Shown piece after piece: positions 17,161 through 27,910 of a stretch of 64,000 nucleotides of DNA. The translations under genes were made by a program, and so were the position numbers. The notes under the pieces were generated by a model that was not told the origin of the DNA, did not search any database, and saw only the letters and a program-made list of their open reading frames with translations. This DNA is from an uncultured Bacilli bacterium. GTDB lineage: Bacteria; Bacillota_I; Bacilli_A; RF39; UBA660. The stretch spans positions 98,571 to 162,570 of the forward strand of contig CAKOKD010000001.1 of assembly GCA_934090935.1 (NCBI GenBank). Direction: 5' to 3'. How positions within the stretch are numbered: position 1 is the first letter of the stretch; every line of letters starts with the position of its first letter.

Positions 17161-18168
17161 ATGGAATTGTTTGAATATTATAATAATCGTATAGAAAAGA
17201 TTACAAAGCTTTTAAATGAATATGGAATAAAAGATTTAAATGAAGCAAAAGACATATGCAAAAGTTACAATATAATGCCTGAGATAAGTGTCAAAGAGGT
17301 TCAAAATATTGCTTTTGATGATGCTGTTTATGCTTATGTTGTTGGTTGTGCAATCGCTTTAAAAAGTGGAGTAAAAAACGCAAGTGAAGCAGCCACTTTA
17401 ATAGGTAAAGGTTTAGAAAGTTTTTGTATAGAAGGAAGTGTTTCAGAAGAAAGACATATTGGAATCGGTCATGGTAAACTTGCAAGCATGCTTTTAAGTG
17501 AAGATACAAAAGTATTTGCATTTTTAGCTGGACATGAGTCATTTGCCGCAGCTGAGGGAGCAATTGGAATAGTTGCATCGGCTAATAAGGTCAGAAAAAC
17601 TCCATTAAAAGTAATTTTAAATGGTTTAGGAAAAGATGCGGCTAAAATAATATCTAGAGTTAATGGTTTTACTTATGTTGAAACAAAATTTGATTATGAA
17701 CATAATAAGTTAGAAGTTGTTAGTGAAAAATCTTATAGTAATGGTGTTCGTAGTGAAGTTCGTTGTTATGGAGCTTATGATGTTAGAGAAGGTGTTGCTA
17801 TAATGATGCATGAAAACGTTGATATCTCTATAACGGGAAATTCAACAAATCCAACAAGATTTCAACATCCAGTAGCCGGTATATATAAAAAACATCGTGT
17901 TGAAAATGGATTACCATACTTTTCAGTAGCTTCTGGAGGTGGAACAGGAAGAACTTTGCATCCAGATAATATGGCAGCAGGCCCTGCAAGTTATGGTTTA
18001 ACTGATACCATGGGTAGAATGCACTCAGATGCTCAATTTGCCGGATCTTCTTCCGTTCCAGCCCACGTAGAGATGATGGGATTCATTGGAATGGGTAATA
18101 ATCCGATTGTTGGTGCCACGGTTAAAATGAGTGTTCAAGTATATGAAGCATTAAATAAAAATGTATAA
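17161..18168 (+). CDS. GGGtGRT family protein.
   Basis: The eponymous motif SVASGGGTGRTLHP is present. It is tightly coupled to the upstream gene. Confidence 0.6.
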   Translation: MELFEYYNNRIEKITKLLNEYGIKDLNEAKDICKSYNIMPEISVKEVQNIAFDDAVYAYVVGCAIALKSGVKNASEAATLIGKGLESFCIEGSVSEERHIGIGHGKLASMLLSEDTKVFAFLAGHESFAAAEGAIGIVASANKVRKTPLKVILNGLGKDAAKIISRVNGFTYVETKFDYEHNKLEVVSEKSYSNGVRSEVRCYGAYDVREGVAIMMHENVDISITGNSTNPTRFQHPVAGIYKKHRVENGLPYFSVASGGGTGRTLHPDNMAAGPASYGLTDTMGRMHSDAQFAGSSSVPAHVEMMGFIGMGNNPIVGATVKMSVQVYEALNKNV

Positions 18169-18197
18169 AAAAATTTCCAGAATATCTGGAATTTTTT

Positions 18198-19907
18198 TTA
18201 TCTTTTTTGTAATTGTTGATAATATTTGTTATGTTTCATTAAATGTTCATGTGAACCAATTCCCACCAATCTTCCATGGTCAATTACAATTATTTCATCG
18301 GCCATTTTCATCAGTTCTGGTTTATGAGTAATCATTAAAACTGTATGATCTTTTTTTAAATCCATTAAAATATCTAATATTTGTTTTGAAGTATTCATAT
18401 CTAAAGATGATGTTACTTCATCAAATAGAAGTATCTCTGATCTTGATAATAGAGTTCTTGCAAGTGCAATTAATTGTTTTTGACCAGTAGATATATTTTC
18501 AGCATCTCCAAATAATTTAGTGTTATATCCATCCTTTAAGCTCATTATATAGTCGTGCACTCCAGCTCTTTTACAAGCCTCAATTTGATTTTTTCTATTG
18601 GAATCGATTAAAGACAAATTATCTTTTATACTCATGTCAAATATAAATGGTTTTTGAGTAACAATTGCTACATTACTAGAATATACTTCTTTAGAATAAT
18701 CATAAATGCTTTCATTATCTATTAATATTTCACCTTTATTTGCTTTGTATAGTCTTAAAAGAAGTCTAAATATAGTTGATTTACCTGATCCACTTTTTCC
18801 AACAATGGCTGTAAATGATCTAGGTGGAATTTTAAAACTGACATTTTTCATAGTTTGTTGTTTTTCATAGGTGAATGAAACATGTTTAAATTCTATCTCT
18901 CCATTTATGTCATCGTTTTTATTTTCGCCGAAGTTCAGCATATTCTTTGTTTTATAGTTTAACACGTTGAATGCTCGATCAACACGGGTTGAATTTGCTG
19001 ATATGTTATCCAAGCAATCATATAAATTTTCAAATTTTGTTTGAATATTTTCATAATAACCTATTACTAATACTAGTGTTGCAACATCATATTTTCCATT
19101 TAATATCAAGTATATAAGAATTAAATATATAAGAATTTTTCCGAAACCCAATATGGTTGGAACTAAAACATAGATGTGATCTTCATAATTTCTTTTGATA
19201 AAATAGCTTTTCTTCCATTTCTTTTTATAATCGTTTAAATAAGATTTTATATCCTCTTTCATATTAAATGATTTTATCTCTTTATTTCCATCCAATACTT
19301 GACCCATAAGACCAGAGATGTTATCCTCATACTTCCTTTGACGAGTTAAATTATAATCTCTTTTAATCATATTTTTATTTAGAGCATATAAAGATAAAAT
19401 GTTTAAAATAATTGTTGAAATGCCTATATAGATATTTACATTAGATAGAATAATTAAGGCAATTACAATCGTGATAAATTCAGTGATGCTATCAAATAAT
19501 TGATCAGGTATCTGCATGATTTCCCCAACATCTTTAAATGATGTGTTTATTATATATGGAACTGAAATCGTTTTAGTGAAATTTTCATCATAAGTGGTTA
19601 CTTTATCCATTATCAACTTTTGTAATTTGTTATGAGTATATAAAGAGTTGTTTTTATATGATACATAATTGTAATGATGACATAAAGTATAGAAAAGACT
19701 GGATATTAAGTAAATTAAAGCATATATTCCTGCCATTTTATAATCTGTTTTGGTAGCATATTCAATTATTTTAGCTGCGAAATAGGGAATAAGTAAAAAT
19801 GATGTGTTACTAAGGAGAGCAGAGATGAATAAGTGGATTAAACATTTCTTATTATTTGCGCCTAATGAAAAGTATTTTTTGACAATTAAGTAATATTTTT
19901 TAATCAT
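18198..19907 (-). CDS. ABC exporter, fused permease-ATPase, the second subunit of a heterodimer.
   Basis: Six-TM N-terminus. Walker A GKSGSGKST, signature ISTGQKQ, Walker B LLFDE. The likely start MIKKYY overlaps the upstream gene's stop. Confidence 0.85.
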   Translation of the reverse strand: MIKKYYLIVKKYFSLGANNKKCLIHLFISALLSNTSFLLIPYFAAKIIEYATKTDYKMAGIYALIYLISSLFYTLCHHYNYVSYKNNSLYTHNKLQKLIMDKVTTYDENFTKTISVPYIINTSFKDVGEIMQIPDQLFDSITEFITIVIALIILSNVNIYIGISTIILNILSLYALNKNMIKRDYNLTRQRKYEDNISGLMGQVLDGNKEIKSFNMKEDIKSYLNDYKKKWKKSYFIKRNYEDHIYVLVPTILGFGKILIYLILIYLILNGKYDVATLVLVIGYYENIQTKFENLYDCLDNISANSTRVDRAFNVLNYKTKNMLNFGENKNDDINGEIEFKHVSFTYEKQQTMKNVSFKIPPRSFTAIVGKSGSGKSTIFRLLLRLYKANKGEILIDNESIYDYSKEVYSSNVAIVTQKPFIFDMSIKDNLSLIDSNRKNQIEACKRAGVHDYIMSLKDGYNTKLFGDAENISTGQKQLIALARTLLSRSEILLFDEVTSSLDMNTSKQILDILMDLKKDHTVLMITHKPELMKMADEIIVIDHGRLVGIGSHEHLMKHNKYYQQLQKR

Positions 19908-21642
19908 TATCAAACACCCCAATTCTACTTGGTGATTTTCTTGATTGTAGCATCTTGTATATATCATTTCTTTCAATCAATTCTTTATGAGTACCAATAT
20001 CAACAATTCTTCCATTGTCTAAAACAACGATTTTATCAGCGATTTTCATTAAATCTGGTTTTTTAGTGATCATTAAAATTGTTCTTTCCTTTTTCAAATT
20101 ATCGACTAACTTTGGAACTTGCTTTGCTGTACTTGGATCTAATGATGTAGTTACATCATCTAAAAGTAAGACCTCAGCATCAGATAGAATTGTTCTAGCA
20201 ATAGATATCATTTGTTTTTGACCTCCAGAGATATTGATTCCATTTTCTCTTAGTTTTGTGTTATATCCTTTTGGTAAACTCTCAATAAAATCATGAATAC
20301 CGGCTTTTTTACAAGCATCAATTTGATTTTCAATATTTGTATCTACAAAGTTAAGATTTTTTCTAATGCTTGTATTAAATATAAATGGTTTTTGATTGGC
20401 AACTGAAACATTATGGGAATAAATCTCTTTAGAAAAATCATAAATATTTATATTATCTATTTTAATAGTTCCTTTTGTTGGTTTATAAAGTCTTAGAAGA
20501 AGATTGAATATCATTGTTTTACCAGAACCAGCACTTCCTACTATAGCAACAACTTCATTATGATTTATTTTTAAATTTATATTATGTAATATCTCTTTAT
20601 CTTTAATGTTTAAAGAGACATTTTTAAATTCAACTATTCCAAATATGTCGTCAGTATTGTTATCACCAAACTGAATTTCATTTGAATTATAGTTTAGGAT
20701 ATCATTGACTCGATTAACCGATGTATTTGTTTTTCTTATAGCGCCAGTACATTCAATTAGATAGTTTATATAGTTAACTAATGATTCATGATAGGCAATG
20801 ATTAAAACAAGTGCACTTATATTCATCTTTTCAAGATATATTAAAAGAAGTAAGAATAGGTATAGAATAAATCTAAACGTATAAGTTATAACTTTTACAT
20901 CATTATCTCTTAATGTTGTGTACATTCTTTTGTTTGTATAGTCCTTTGTGAATTTATTTTGAATGGTATTCAATTTGTTTTTTAACTTTGGTAACATATT
21001 AAATGTTTTTATCTCTTGAAGACCAGAGACAATTTGCATAAGTAAAGAGCTATATCTATCATCTTGAATATAAACTTTATTATGATAATAATTTATCTTT
21101 TTGTCGAAGTTGTTTCTAAGTTTTATATATAGAATAGAAAATACTACTAGTATTAGTGATATGTAGATATTATAGAAGGAAACAATAATAAGTACAGCTA
21201 GTATTTCTAAGATTCCTAATAATACTTCTGCTATACGATCATTCATATCACCGATTTCAGTTATATCTGTGTTGATAGAGTTCATAAGTCTTCCTTTGCT
21301 TATCATTCTAGTAAAAGAGTTATCAACGGATATCAACTTGTTTAATACTTTTTCCGTTAATTTGTCGTAGCAATAGCTTACATTATATCTATATATTTTA
21401 TAATTTGCATAAAGAGCCACAGTATATAAAATGTAAGTTATAAAAAAAGCGATTAAGGCAATATATGTTGATTGTGCATCACCTATAGTTAAATATTTAA
21501 TTATAAGGGATGCAATGAATGGAAGTAGAATAGATAAACTTTTATAAAAAAATGCTGTTAAAAAATTTATAGTTAAATATAATGGCTTTAGCTCTGCTAA
21601 TTTTAAATAATCTTTAATGAAATTGTAATACTCTCTTATCAT
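19900..21642 (-). CDS. ABC exporter, fused permease-ATPase, the first subunit.
   Basis: GSAGSGKT, ISGGQKQ, LLLDD. Confidence 0.85.
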   Translation of the reverse strand: MIREYYNFIKDYLKLAELKPLYLTINFLTAFFYKSLSILLPFIASLIIKYLTIGDAQSTYIALIAFFITYILYTVALYANYKIYRYNVSYCYDKLTEKVLNKLISVDNSFTRMISKGRLMNSINTDITEIGDMNDRIAEVLLGILEILAVLIIVSFYNIYISLILVVFSILYIKLRNNFDKKINYYHNKVYIQDDRYSSLLMQIVSGLQEIKTFNMLPKLKNKLNTIQNKFTKDYTNKRMYTTLRDNDVKVITYTFRFILYLFLLLLIYLEKMNISALVLIIAYHESLVNYINYLIECTGAIRKTNTSVNRVNDILNYNSNEIQFGDNNTDDIFGIVEFKNVSLNIKDKEILHNINLKINHNEVVAIVGSAGSGKTMIFNLLLRLYKPTKGTIKIDNINIYDFSKEIYSHNVSVANQKPFIFNTSIRKNLNFVDTNIENQIDACKKAGIHDFIESLPKGYNTKLRENGINISGGQKQMISIARTILSDAEVLLLDDVTTSLDPSTAKQVPKLVDNLKKERTILMITKKPDLMKIADKIVVLDNGRIVDIGTHKELIERNDIYKMLQSRKSPSRIGVFDND

Positions 21643-21911
21643 AAGCTATACTCCTTTTATTATTGTATCATATAATTTTTTATTCGACATTATTTTTATT
21701 TAAAGAAAAACATTAATTGACCGGTAAATATATTAGTAGGAGGTATAGTGAAGGTGAAAACGTTTTTAATAAAATTATAAAAATATGAGAAATTGCTAAT
21801 TTTTTTAAAAAATCACATAAAAAAGGCAATAAAGTTACAAAAAAAACAAAAAAAGTGTTTTTTTTGATAAAAATGTAATATACTATTATTAGAAAAAAGG
21901 AGGAGGAACTT

Positions 21912-23048
21912 ATGAAATTACTAAGGGTAGTAGCTGATAATTTTAAGCTATGTGAAAAGGGATTTGAAATTTCTTTTATTCCAACCGGAAATAAAACTTC
22001 TGAAGATAAAGAGTTTGAATTACAAGAAATTGCTGAAGATCTATTTGTTTTTAATACTTTAGGTATAATCGGAAAAAATGCATCTGGAAAAACTACTTCG
22101 GTTGAATTATTGTCCGTAATATATGATATTTTTTCTAATTTTAGAATTAATAGTTCCAAAAATACATTTAAATTTATTGATAACACGGTAAGCTTAGATA
22201 TAACATTTTTTCATGAAGGTGCAGTTTATAGATACACAACTGACTTGATAAAAAACATTAATTCAGTTGATAGTACATCAGTGTTTTTTAAAAACGAAAA
22301 GCTATATAAAAGAGTATATAAAAAAGCTCATGCAAGAAATATATTTGAATATGATAAATTTGATGAAGTTACTTTTAATGTAAAATTACCTGATGATACA
22401 TCTATGATATATTCTTTATTAAATGATATAACTTTGCGTGGTATATATTGCCCAAGTGATGATTTTATGTATAGAAATTATGCTAATGCATTCAATGTAT
22501 ATAAACTTTTAGATAATAATCTTTTAGTAATAACATCCTTATTAAAAATGTTTGACGAACATCTAAATAACATAGAAATGATTAATGAGAATAAGTATAG
22601 AATAGTTTATGTGAATGGATCCACAAAAGAAGTATCAAATGCTGAATTGTATGAAATCCTATCAAGTGGTACTACAAAAGGGTTTGGTTTGTTTACTTTT
22701 GTGGTGTATTCATTAAGAACAGGAGCAGATTTAATTATTGATGAAATTGAAAATCATTTTCATAAAACTCTAGTTGAAAATTTGGTAAATCTGTATAAGG
22801 ATAAATCTGTTAATAGGAAAAATGCTACATTAATTTTTACTACGCATTATTGTGAAATTCTTGACTTATTTGGTAGAAGCGATAATATTTACATATGTAA
22901 ATATGAGGATGCAATAAAATTAGAAAACATGCATGAAAATTACAAATTTAGAACAGAGTTGTTAAAAAGTAATAAGTTTTATAATAATGAATTTAATACA
23001 AATGTTAGTTATGATGCTTTGATGAACTTCAAAAAAGAACTAATGTAA
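21912..23048 (+). CDS. ABC-type AAA ATPase (AAA_21-like) of a two-gene module.
   Basis: GGAGG RBS. Walker A GKNASGKTT. Signature-like LSSGTTKGF. Walker B/D-loop LIIDEIENHFH. H-loop TTHY. Confidence 0.75.
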   Translation: MKLLRVVADNFKLCEKGFEISFIPTGNKTSEDKEFELQEIAEDLFVFNTLGIIGKNASGKTTSVELLSVIYDIFSNFRINSSKNTFKFIDNTVSLDITFFHEGAVYRYTTDLIKNINSVDSTSVFFKNEKLYKRVYKKAHARNIFEYDKFDEVTFNVKLPDDTSMIYSLLNDITLRGIYCPSDDFMYRNYANAFNVYKLLDNNLLVITSLLKMFDEHLNNIEMINENKYRIVYVNGSTKEVSNAELYEILSSGTTKGFGLFTFVVYSLRTGADLIIDEIENHFHKTLVENLVNLYKDKSVNRKNATLIFTTHYCEILDLFGRSDNIYICKYEDAIKLENMHENYKFRTELLKSNKFYNNEFNTNVSYDALMNFKKELM

Positions 23049-23587
23049 TGAAAATTTTATTGATGTGTGAAGGAACAAATGAAGAAGTAATATTGAATTT
23101 TTTATTAAAAGCTAATGCATTGAATTTTACAAGAGATGATTTAATAGGACGAAGAGTTTATCCAATCAGGCAATTAAGTCATCCAGTGATAAAAACTGAA
23201 TTAAAACATTATGGTAAGCCGGTAAAAGTATATAGAGTGGGTGATAAGCAAACTGATAAGCTTATTATTCCAAAAGATATAAATAATATTGTATTTGATT
23301 CGGAAATATATAAATATTGTACAAAACCGGAGTTAGAAATGTTACTTATATTAAATGAAGGATTAGAAAGAACTTACGAAAAAGTTAAAAGTAACCAATC
23401 ACCAAAAGCATTTGCTAAAAAGAATATAAAATATAATGGTAAGAAATATGATCAATCATCAGAATTTCTAGAAATGTATTATGGCGGTAATCGTGTAATT
23501 TATTTAATAGAAAGTATAAGAAAATATAAAAATTATAAAAAACAACATAGCAAAGATGAACTGTATTTAGCAGATCTATTAAAATAG
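23048..23587 (+). CDS. Small TOPRIM/DUF4276-like partner protein (179 aa).
   Basis: Its start overlaps the upstream stop in TAATG. The N-terminal ILLMCEGTNEEVILNFL resembles the hhhVEGxTEE opening motif of TOPRIM-like DUF4276/OLD-family proteins. Confidence 0.45.
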   Translation: MKILLMCEGTNEEVILNFLLKANALNFTRDDLIGRRVYPIRQLSHPVIKTELKHYGKPVKVYRVGDKQTDKLIIPKDINNIVFDSEIYKYCTKPELEMLLILNEGLERTYEKVKSNQSPKAFAKKNIKYNGKKYDQSSEFLEMYYGGNRVIYLIESIRKYKNYKKQHSKDELYLADLLK

Positions 23588-23679
23588 TAAACCGGGATTT
23601 TTCCTGGTTTTTATTTGTTCTTTTAAGATGCTCTGTAATAAATATTTTTTTCTTTAATAAAGTTATAGTGGTGATAAAC

Positions 23680-24678
23680 ATGAAAAGCGTTGTTATTAAT
23701 GCAAGTGGTGGAGGTGCAGATTCTGGAGCAAAAGGCAATGGATTAGTTGAAAAAAATGTTTCTCTTGAAATATCAAAGAAAATCTATGATATTTTAAAGA
23801 GCAGAGGAGTTGATACTTACTTACTTAGAAGTGGAGATATAACTATATCATATGATGATAGAATAAAAGATCTAAAGAGTAAATATCCAAATAAGGATAA
23901 TGTTATTTTAATATCTAATACTTTAAATTCTGGTGGATCAAGTGGTATAGAAATTATTTATCCTTTAAGTAAAAAAGATACTTTGCCAAAACTTATTAGT
24001 AGCAAACTTGAAACTTTAAATGAAACTAAATATTATCAGTATCGTTATTCGGTTGATACAACTAAAGATTATTTTTATTTAACACGTGAAACACCAGGAT
24101 ATGAAACTATTATTATTAGATATGGATATGTTGATAATTCGAGTGATGCAAATATTATAAAAAACAATATTGATCAGTTTGCAACAATGGTAGCAGATGC
24201 TATTTTAGATTATATTGGTGCCTCAGCTACATCTTTATATAAAGTAAAAAGTGGAGATACTTTATATTCTATTGCCAAAAAATATGGAACAACAGTTGAT
24301 AAAATTAAAAAAGCCAACAATATTACAAGCAATACTTTACAAATAGGTATGTCTTTAATTATTCCAACTGAAGAAGAAAAGAATGAGGCAGAATCTCCAG
24401 TTTATTATAAAGTAAAAAGCGGAGATACCTTATATTCTATTGCTAAAAAGTATGGTATCAGTGTTGATAAACTAAAAAGTATCAACAATAAAACAAGTAA
24501 TATGATAACTGTTGGAGAACTTTTGATAATCGATGAAGTTAATAAAATTATGGTTAATAAAGGGGATACTTTGTATTCTATTGCTAAAAAATATAATACG
24601 ACAGTAGATGAGTTAAAGAAGCTTAATAATTTAACAAGCAACACTTTATCAATTGGACAAACCTTAAAGATTCCTTAG
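23680..24678 (+). CDS. N-acetylmuramoyl-L-alanine amidase (Amidase_3) with three C-terminal LysM repeats.
   Basis: N-terminal Amidase_3-like ASGGGADSGAKGNGLVEKNVSLEI. A YKVKSGDTLYSIAKKYG...I..L...N block occurs three times. Confidence 0.8.
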   Translation: MKSVVINASGGGADSGAKGNGLVEKNVSLEISKKIYDILKSRGVDTYLLRSGDITISYDDRIKDLKSKYPNKDNVILISNTLNSGGSSGIEIIYPLSKKDTLPKLISSKLETLNETKYYQYRYSVDTTKDYFYLTRETPGYETIIIRYGYVDNSSDANIIKNNIDQFATMVADAILDYIGASATSLYKVKSGDTLYSIAKKYGTTVDKIKKANNITSNTLQIGMSLIIPTEEEKNEAESPVYYKVKSGDTLYSIAKKYGISVDKLKSINNKTSNMITVGELLIIDEVNKIMVNKGDTLYSIAKKYNTTVDELKKLNNLTSNTLSIGQTLKIP

Positions 24679-24724
24679 TTCATAAACTCAAACTTTTCAA
24701 CATATAAATTTATAGGTGAAGAAA

Positions 24725-27238
24725 ATGAATGGTTTAACTGATGAAGAAGTAGTTGTATCAAGAAAAAAATATGGATCTAATAACATAAGTGTAAAAAAAC
24801 AAAATAAGTTATTAAATCTGATAATTGAATCTTTAGGAGATCCAATAATTAAAATAATGTTGATTGCTCTTGCTATCCGTTTTGTTCTACTTTTTAAAGA
24901 TCAAAATTGGTATGAAACTTTAGGTATGCTTATATCAATTTTACTTTCTTCTTTAATATCATCTCTTTCAGAATATGGATCAAATAAATCATTTGAAAGA
25001 CTTCAAAGTGAATATGAAAATATCACCGTTAGAGTAAGAAGAAATGGAAAAAATGCAACTATTAAAAATGATGAAGTTGTAGTTTCGGATATAGTTCTTC
25101 TTTCAAGCGGTGAATTAATACCAGCGGATGGTGTTTTAGTAGAGGGAAGTATTGGTGTTGATGAATCAAGTATAAATGGCGAATCTAAAGAAGTTACTAA
25201 AAGACTTGGTGAACATGTATTTAAAGGAAGTGTAGTTTTATCTGGAAGTGCAAGTATTCGTGTTGAAAAAGTTGGAATTAATACAGTATATGGGTCAATT
25301 GCTAAAGGACTTACTGAAAATAATTTACCTTCACCAATGCGAATTCGTTTAACTAAACTTGCTAAAATAATTTCTAGAATTGGTTATATTGGTGCCATTT
25401 TAGCATCAATTTCTAATATTTTTAATACAGTATTTATCAGTAATAATTTTGATGAAGCTATTATAATGAGTTTAATAACTAATCCTAAATATGTAGTTGA
25501 TTTAGCTATTGAGACTGTTACTTTAGCTGTAACAATAATTATCGTCTGTGTTCCAGAAGGTTTACCAATGATGGTTGCTTTAGTACTTTCGTCGAATATG
25601 AAACGTATGCTTAAAAATAATGTTTTAGTTAGAAAAGCAGTTGGAATAGAAACTAGTGGATCAATGAATGTTTTGCTTACTGATAAAACTGGAACTTTAA
25701 CTAAAGGAAAACTTTCAGTTATCGGAATATGTTTACCAGATGATACTCACTTTAATACTTTAGATGATATGAAAGATGATTTAAAAAATATTTTTATAGA
25801 TGCTCTTCTATACAACAATGATGCTTATTTTGAAGATAATCAGGTTACAGGAGGAAATTCTACAGATAAAGCAATACTTACATTTGTTGGAAAAATTCCT
25901 TTGACTAAAAAGATTGAAGATAAAATTCATTTTAATTCTGAAAACAAATATTCGTATGTTAAGTTAAATGATGGTAAAAGTTATTATAAAGGGGCAAGTG
26001 AGGTTCTTATTAAACTATCAACCTTTTATATAGAAAATGATGGTAATAAAAAGTATATAAAAGATAAAAAAGAGATGTTAAAAAAGATAGATACTTTTAC
26101 ATCTTCAGGAATAAGAGTTTTATCAATTTTACAAAATAATACTTTACTAGGATTTATTTTGTTAAGGGATGAGATAAGAGAAGAAGCTGCATCAACTTTA
26201 AAGACGATTGAAGAAGCTGGAATTCATACAATTATGATTACTGGAGATGATATAAATACTAGTCGTTCAATAGCAGATAGTTTAGGAATGTTAAAACGTG
26301 ATTCTTTGGTTATAAGTCATGATGAACTTGAAAGCATGAGTGATATGGAAGTTTATAAATATTATAAAAGGATAAAAGTAATTGCTCGTGCTCTTCCAAA
26401 GGATAAAGCAAGAGTTGCCAAAATTTTGGAACAAAATAATTTAGTTGTTGGTATGACTGGAGATGGAGTAAATGATGCACCAGCTTTAAAAAGTGCTGAT
26501 GTTGGTATCTCTTTAGGAAGTGGTTCAGAGGTAGCTAAAGAAGCAAGTGATATAGTTATAATTGATAATAATATTAAATCTATTGAATCAGCAGTTCTTT
26601 TTGGACGAACAATATTTAAATCAATTAGAAAATTTATAATATTTCAACTTACAATGAATTTAATTGCATTATTTTTATCAATAGTTGGTCCATTACTTGG
26701 AATTTCAACTCCAATAACTATAATGCAAATGCTTTGGTTAAATATGATAATGGATACTTTGGCTGGACTTGCATATTCTTATGAATATCCGATAAAAAGA
26801 TATATGAAAGAAAAACCAATAAGAAAAGATGAACCTATTTTAAATAAATATATGTATTCAGCAATTCTTTTAATAAGTATTTATTCCTTTATTCTTTTAT
26901 CATTATTTTTAAAAAGTGATATAGTTTATATGTTTATTAGAAATAGTAGAAAAACTCTTATGACTGCTTTCTTTTCTCTATTTGTATTTATAAGTGTATT
27001 TAATGCTTTTAATGCAAGAACAGAAAGATTAAATTTGTTTGCTAATATTTTAAAAAATAAAGTTTTTATTGTAATTCTTTTATTTATAACTCTTGCTCAA
27101 ATATTCTTAATTTATAACGGTGGATCACTTTTTAGAACATATGGCCTTAAATTAAATGAGCTTATATTTGTAATTGCCCTTGCATTTACAGTTATACCAC
27201 TTGACCTAGTTAGAAAGTTATTTATTAAATATCGATAA
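24725..27238 (+). CDS. Cation-transporting P-type ATPase, probably a Ca2+ pump.
   Basis: Phosphorylation site DKTGTLT. MTGDGVNDAPALK hinge. Ten TM helices. AGGTGAAG RBS. Confidence 0.85.
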   Translation: MNGLTDEEVVVSRKKYGSNNISVKKQNKLLNLIIESLGDPIIKIMLIALAIRFVLLFKDQNWYETLGMLISILLSSLISSLSEYGSNKSFERLQSEYENITVRVRRNGKNATIKNDEVVVSDIVLLSSGELIPADGVLVEGSIGVDESSINGESKEVTKRLGEHVFKGSVVLSGSASIRVEKVGINTVYGSIAKGLTENNLPSPMRIRLTKLAKIISRIGYIGAILASISNIFNTVFISNNFDEAIIMSLITNPKYVVDLAIETVTLAVTIIIVCVPEGLPMMVALVLSSNMKRMLKNNVLVRKAVGIETSGSMNVLLTDKTGTLTKGKLSVIGICLPDDTHFNTLDDMKDDLKNIFIDALLYNNDAYFEDNQVTGGNSTDKAILTFVGKIPLTKKIEDKIHFNSENKYSYVKLNDGKSYYKGASEVLIKLSTFYIENDGNKKYIKDKKEMLKKIDTFTSSGIRVLSILQNNTLLGFILLRDEIREEAASTLKTIEEAGIHTIMITGDDINTSRSIADSLGMLKRDSLVISHDELESMSDMEVYKYYKRIKVIARALPKDKARVAKILEQNNLVVGMTGDGVNDAPALKSADVGISLGSGSEVAKEASDIVIIDNNIKSIESAVLFGRTIFKSIRKFIIFQLTMNLIALFLSIVGPLLGISTPITIMQMLWLNMIMDTLAGLAYSYEYPIKRYMKEKPIRKDEPILNKYMYSAILLISIYSFILLSLFLKSDIVYMFIRNSRKTLMTAFFSLFVFISVFNAFNARTERLNLFANILKNKVFIVILLFITLAQIFLIYNGGSLFRTYGLKLNELIFVIALAFTVIPLDLVRKLFIKYR

Positions 27239-27256
27239 GTGTGTTATACTTAATAA

Positions 27257-27757
27257 GTGATAAGTATGGAAAAAAAGTTAATAATTAAAAATGATAGAAA
27301 TAACCCAATAATAAAATTTTGGAATTGGGGATGGAATATATATTATAAAAATCCTGAGATATGGAACTACTTAATTGTTGGAATTCTTACGACTGTTGTA
27401 TCTTTAGGAATAAAGTATGCTTTATTGTTTACGATATTTGATGCATCAAATCCAATTGAACTACAAACTTCAGTTATTATTTCTTGGATTGGTGCAGTTA
27501 TCTTTGCATATGTTGCTAATAGAGTATTTGTCTTTAAGTCAAAAGAAAAAAATATCGTTAAAGAAATATTTAGTTTTACATTAGGAAGAATTGCTACGTT
27601 ATTAATTGAAATGTTTATAATGTGGTTTATTTGTACATTACTTTCTTTAAATTCCAACGTTTGGGTAATAATTGCAACTATTATATGTCAAGTTATGCAA
27701 ATAGTTGGTAATTATATTATAAGTAAGTTATTTGTATTTAAAAAAAGTTTGGATTAG
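27257..27757 (+). CDS. GtrA-family small membrane protein.
   Basis: Four TM helices with the GtrA-like motif YVANRVFVF. Confidence 0.6.
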   Translation: MISMEKKLIIKNDRNNPIIKFWNWGWNIYYKNPEIWNYLIVGILTTVVSLGIKYALLFTIFDASNPIELQTSVIISWIGAVIFAYVANRVFVFKSKEKNIVKEIFSFTLGRIATLLIEMFIMWFICTLLSLNSNVWVIIATIICQVMQIVGNYIISKLFVFKKSLD

Positions 27758-27910
27758 ATTCCAAATTTTTTTGATGAAAAAACGTAAGAAACTTGATTTT
27801 TTCCTTAAAATACCATAAAGCAGTATTTAATGGTGAAATTCGAAGGAATAGTTATTTTGACAATTTATTTTAATTTTGTTATACTATGACTCAATTAAAG
27901 GGGGAAGGTT

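Noticed and set aside
21713-22186. 157-aa minus-strand ORF upstream of and overlapping the ATPase gene start.
   Set aside because: It overlaps the AT-rich promoter region and the 5' end of the well-supported ATPase CDS. It has low-complexity translation and no RBS.
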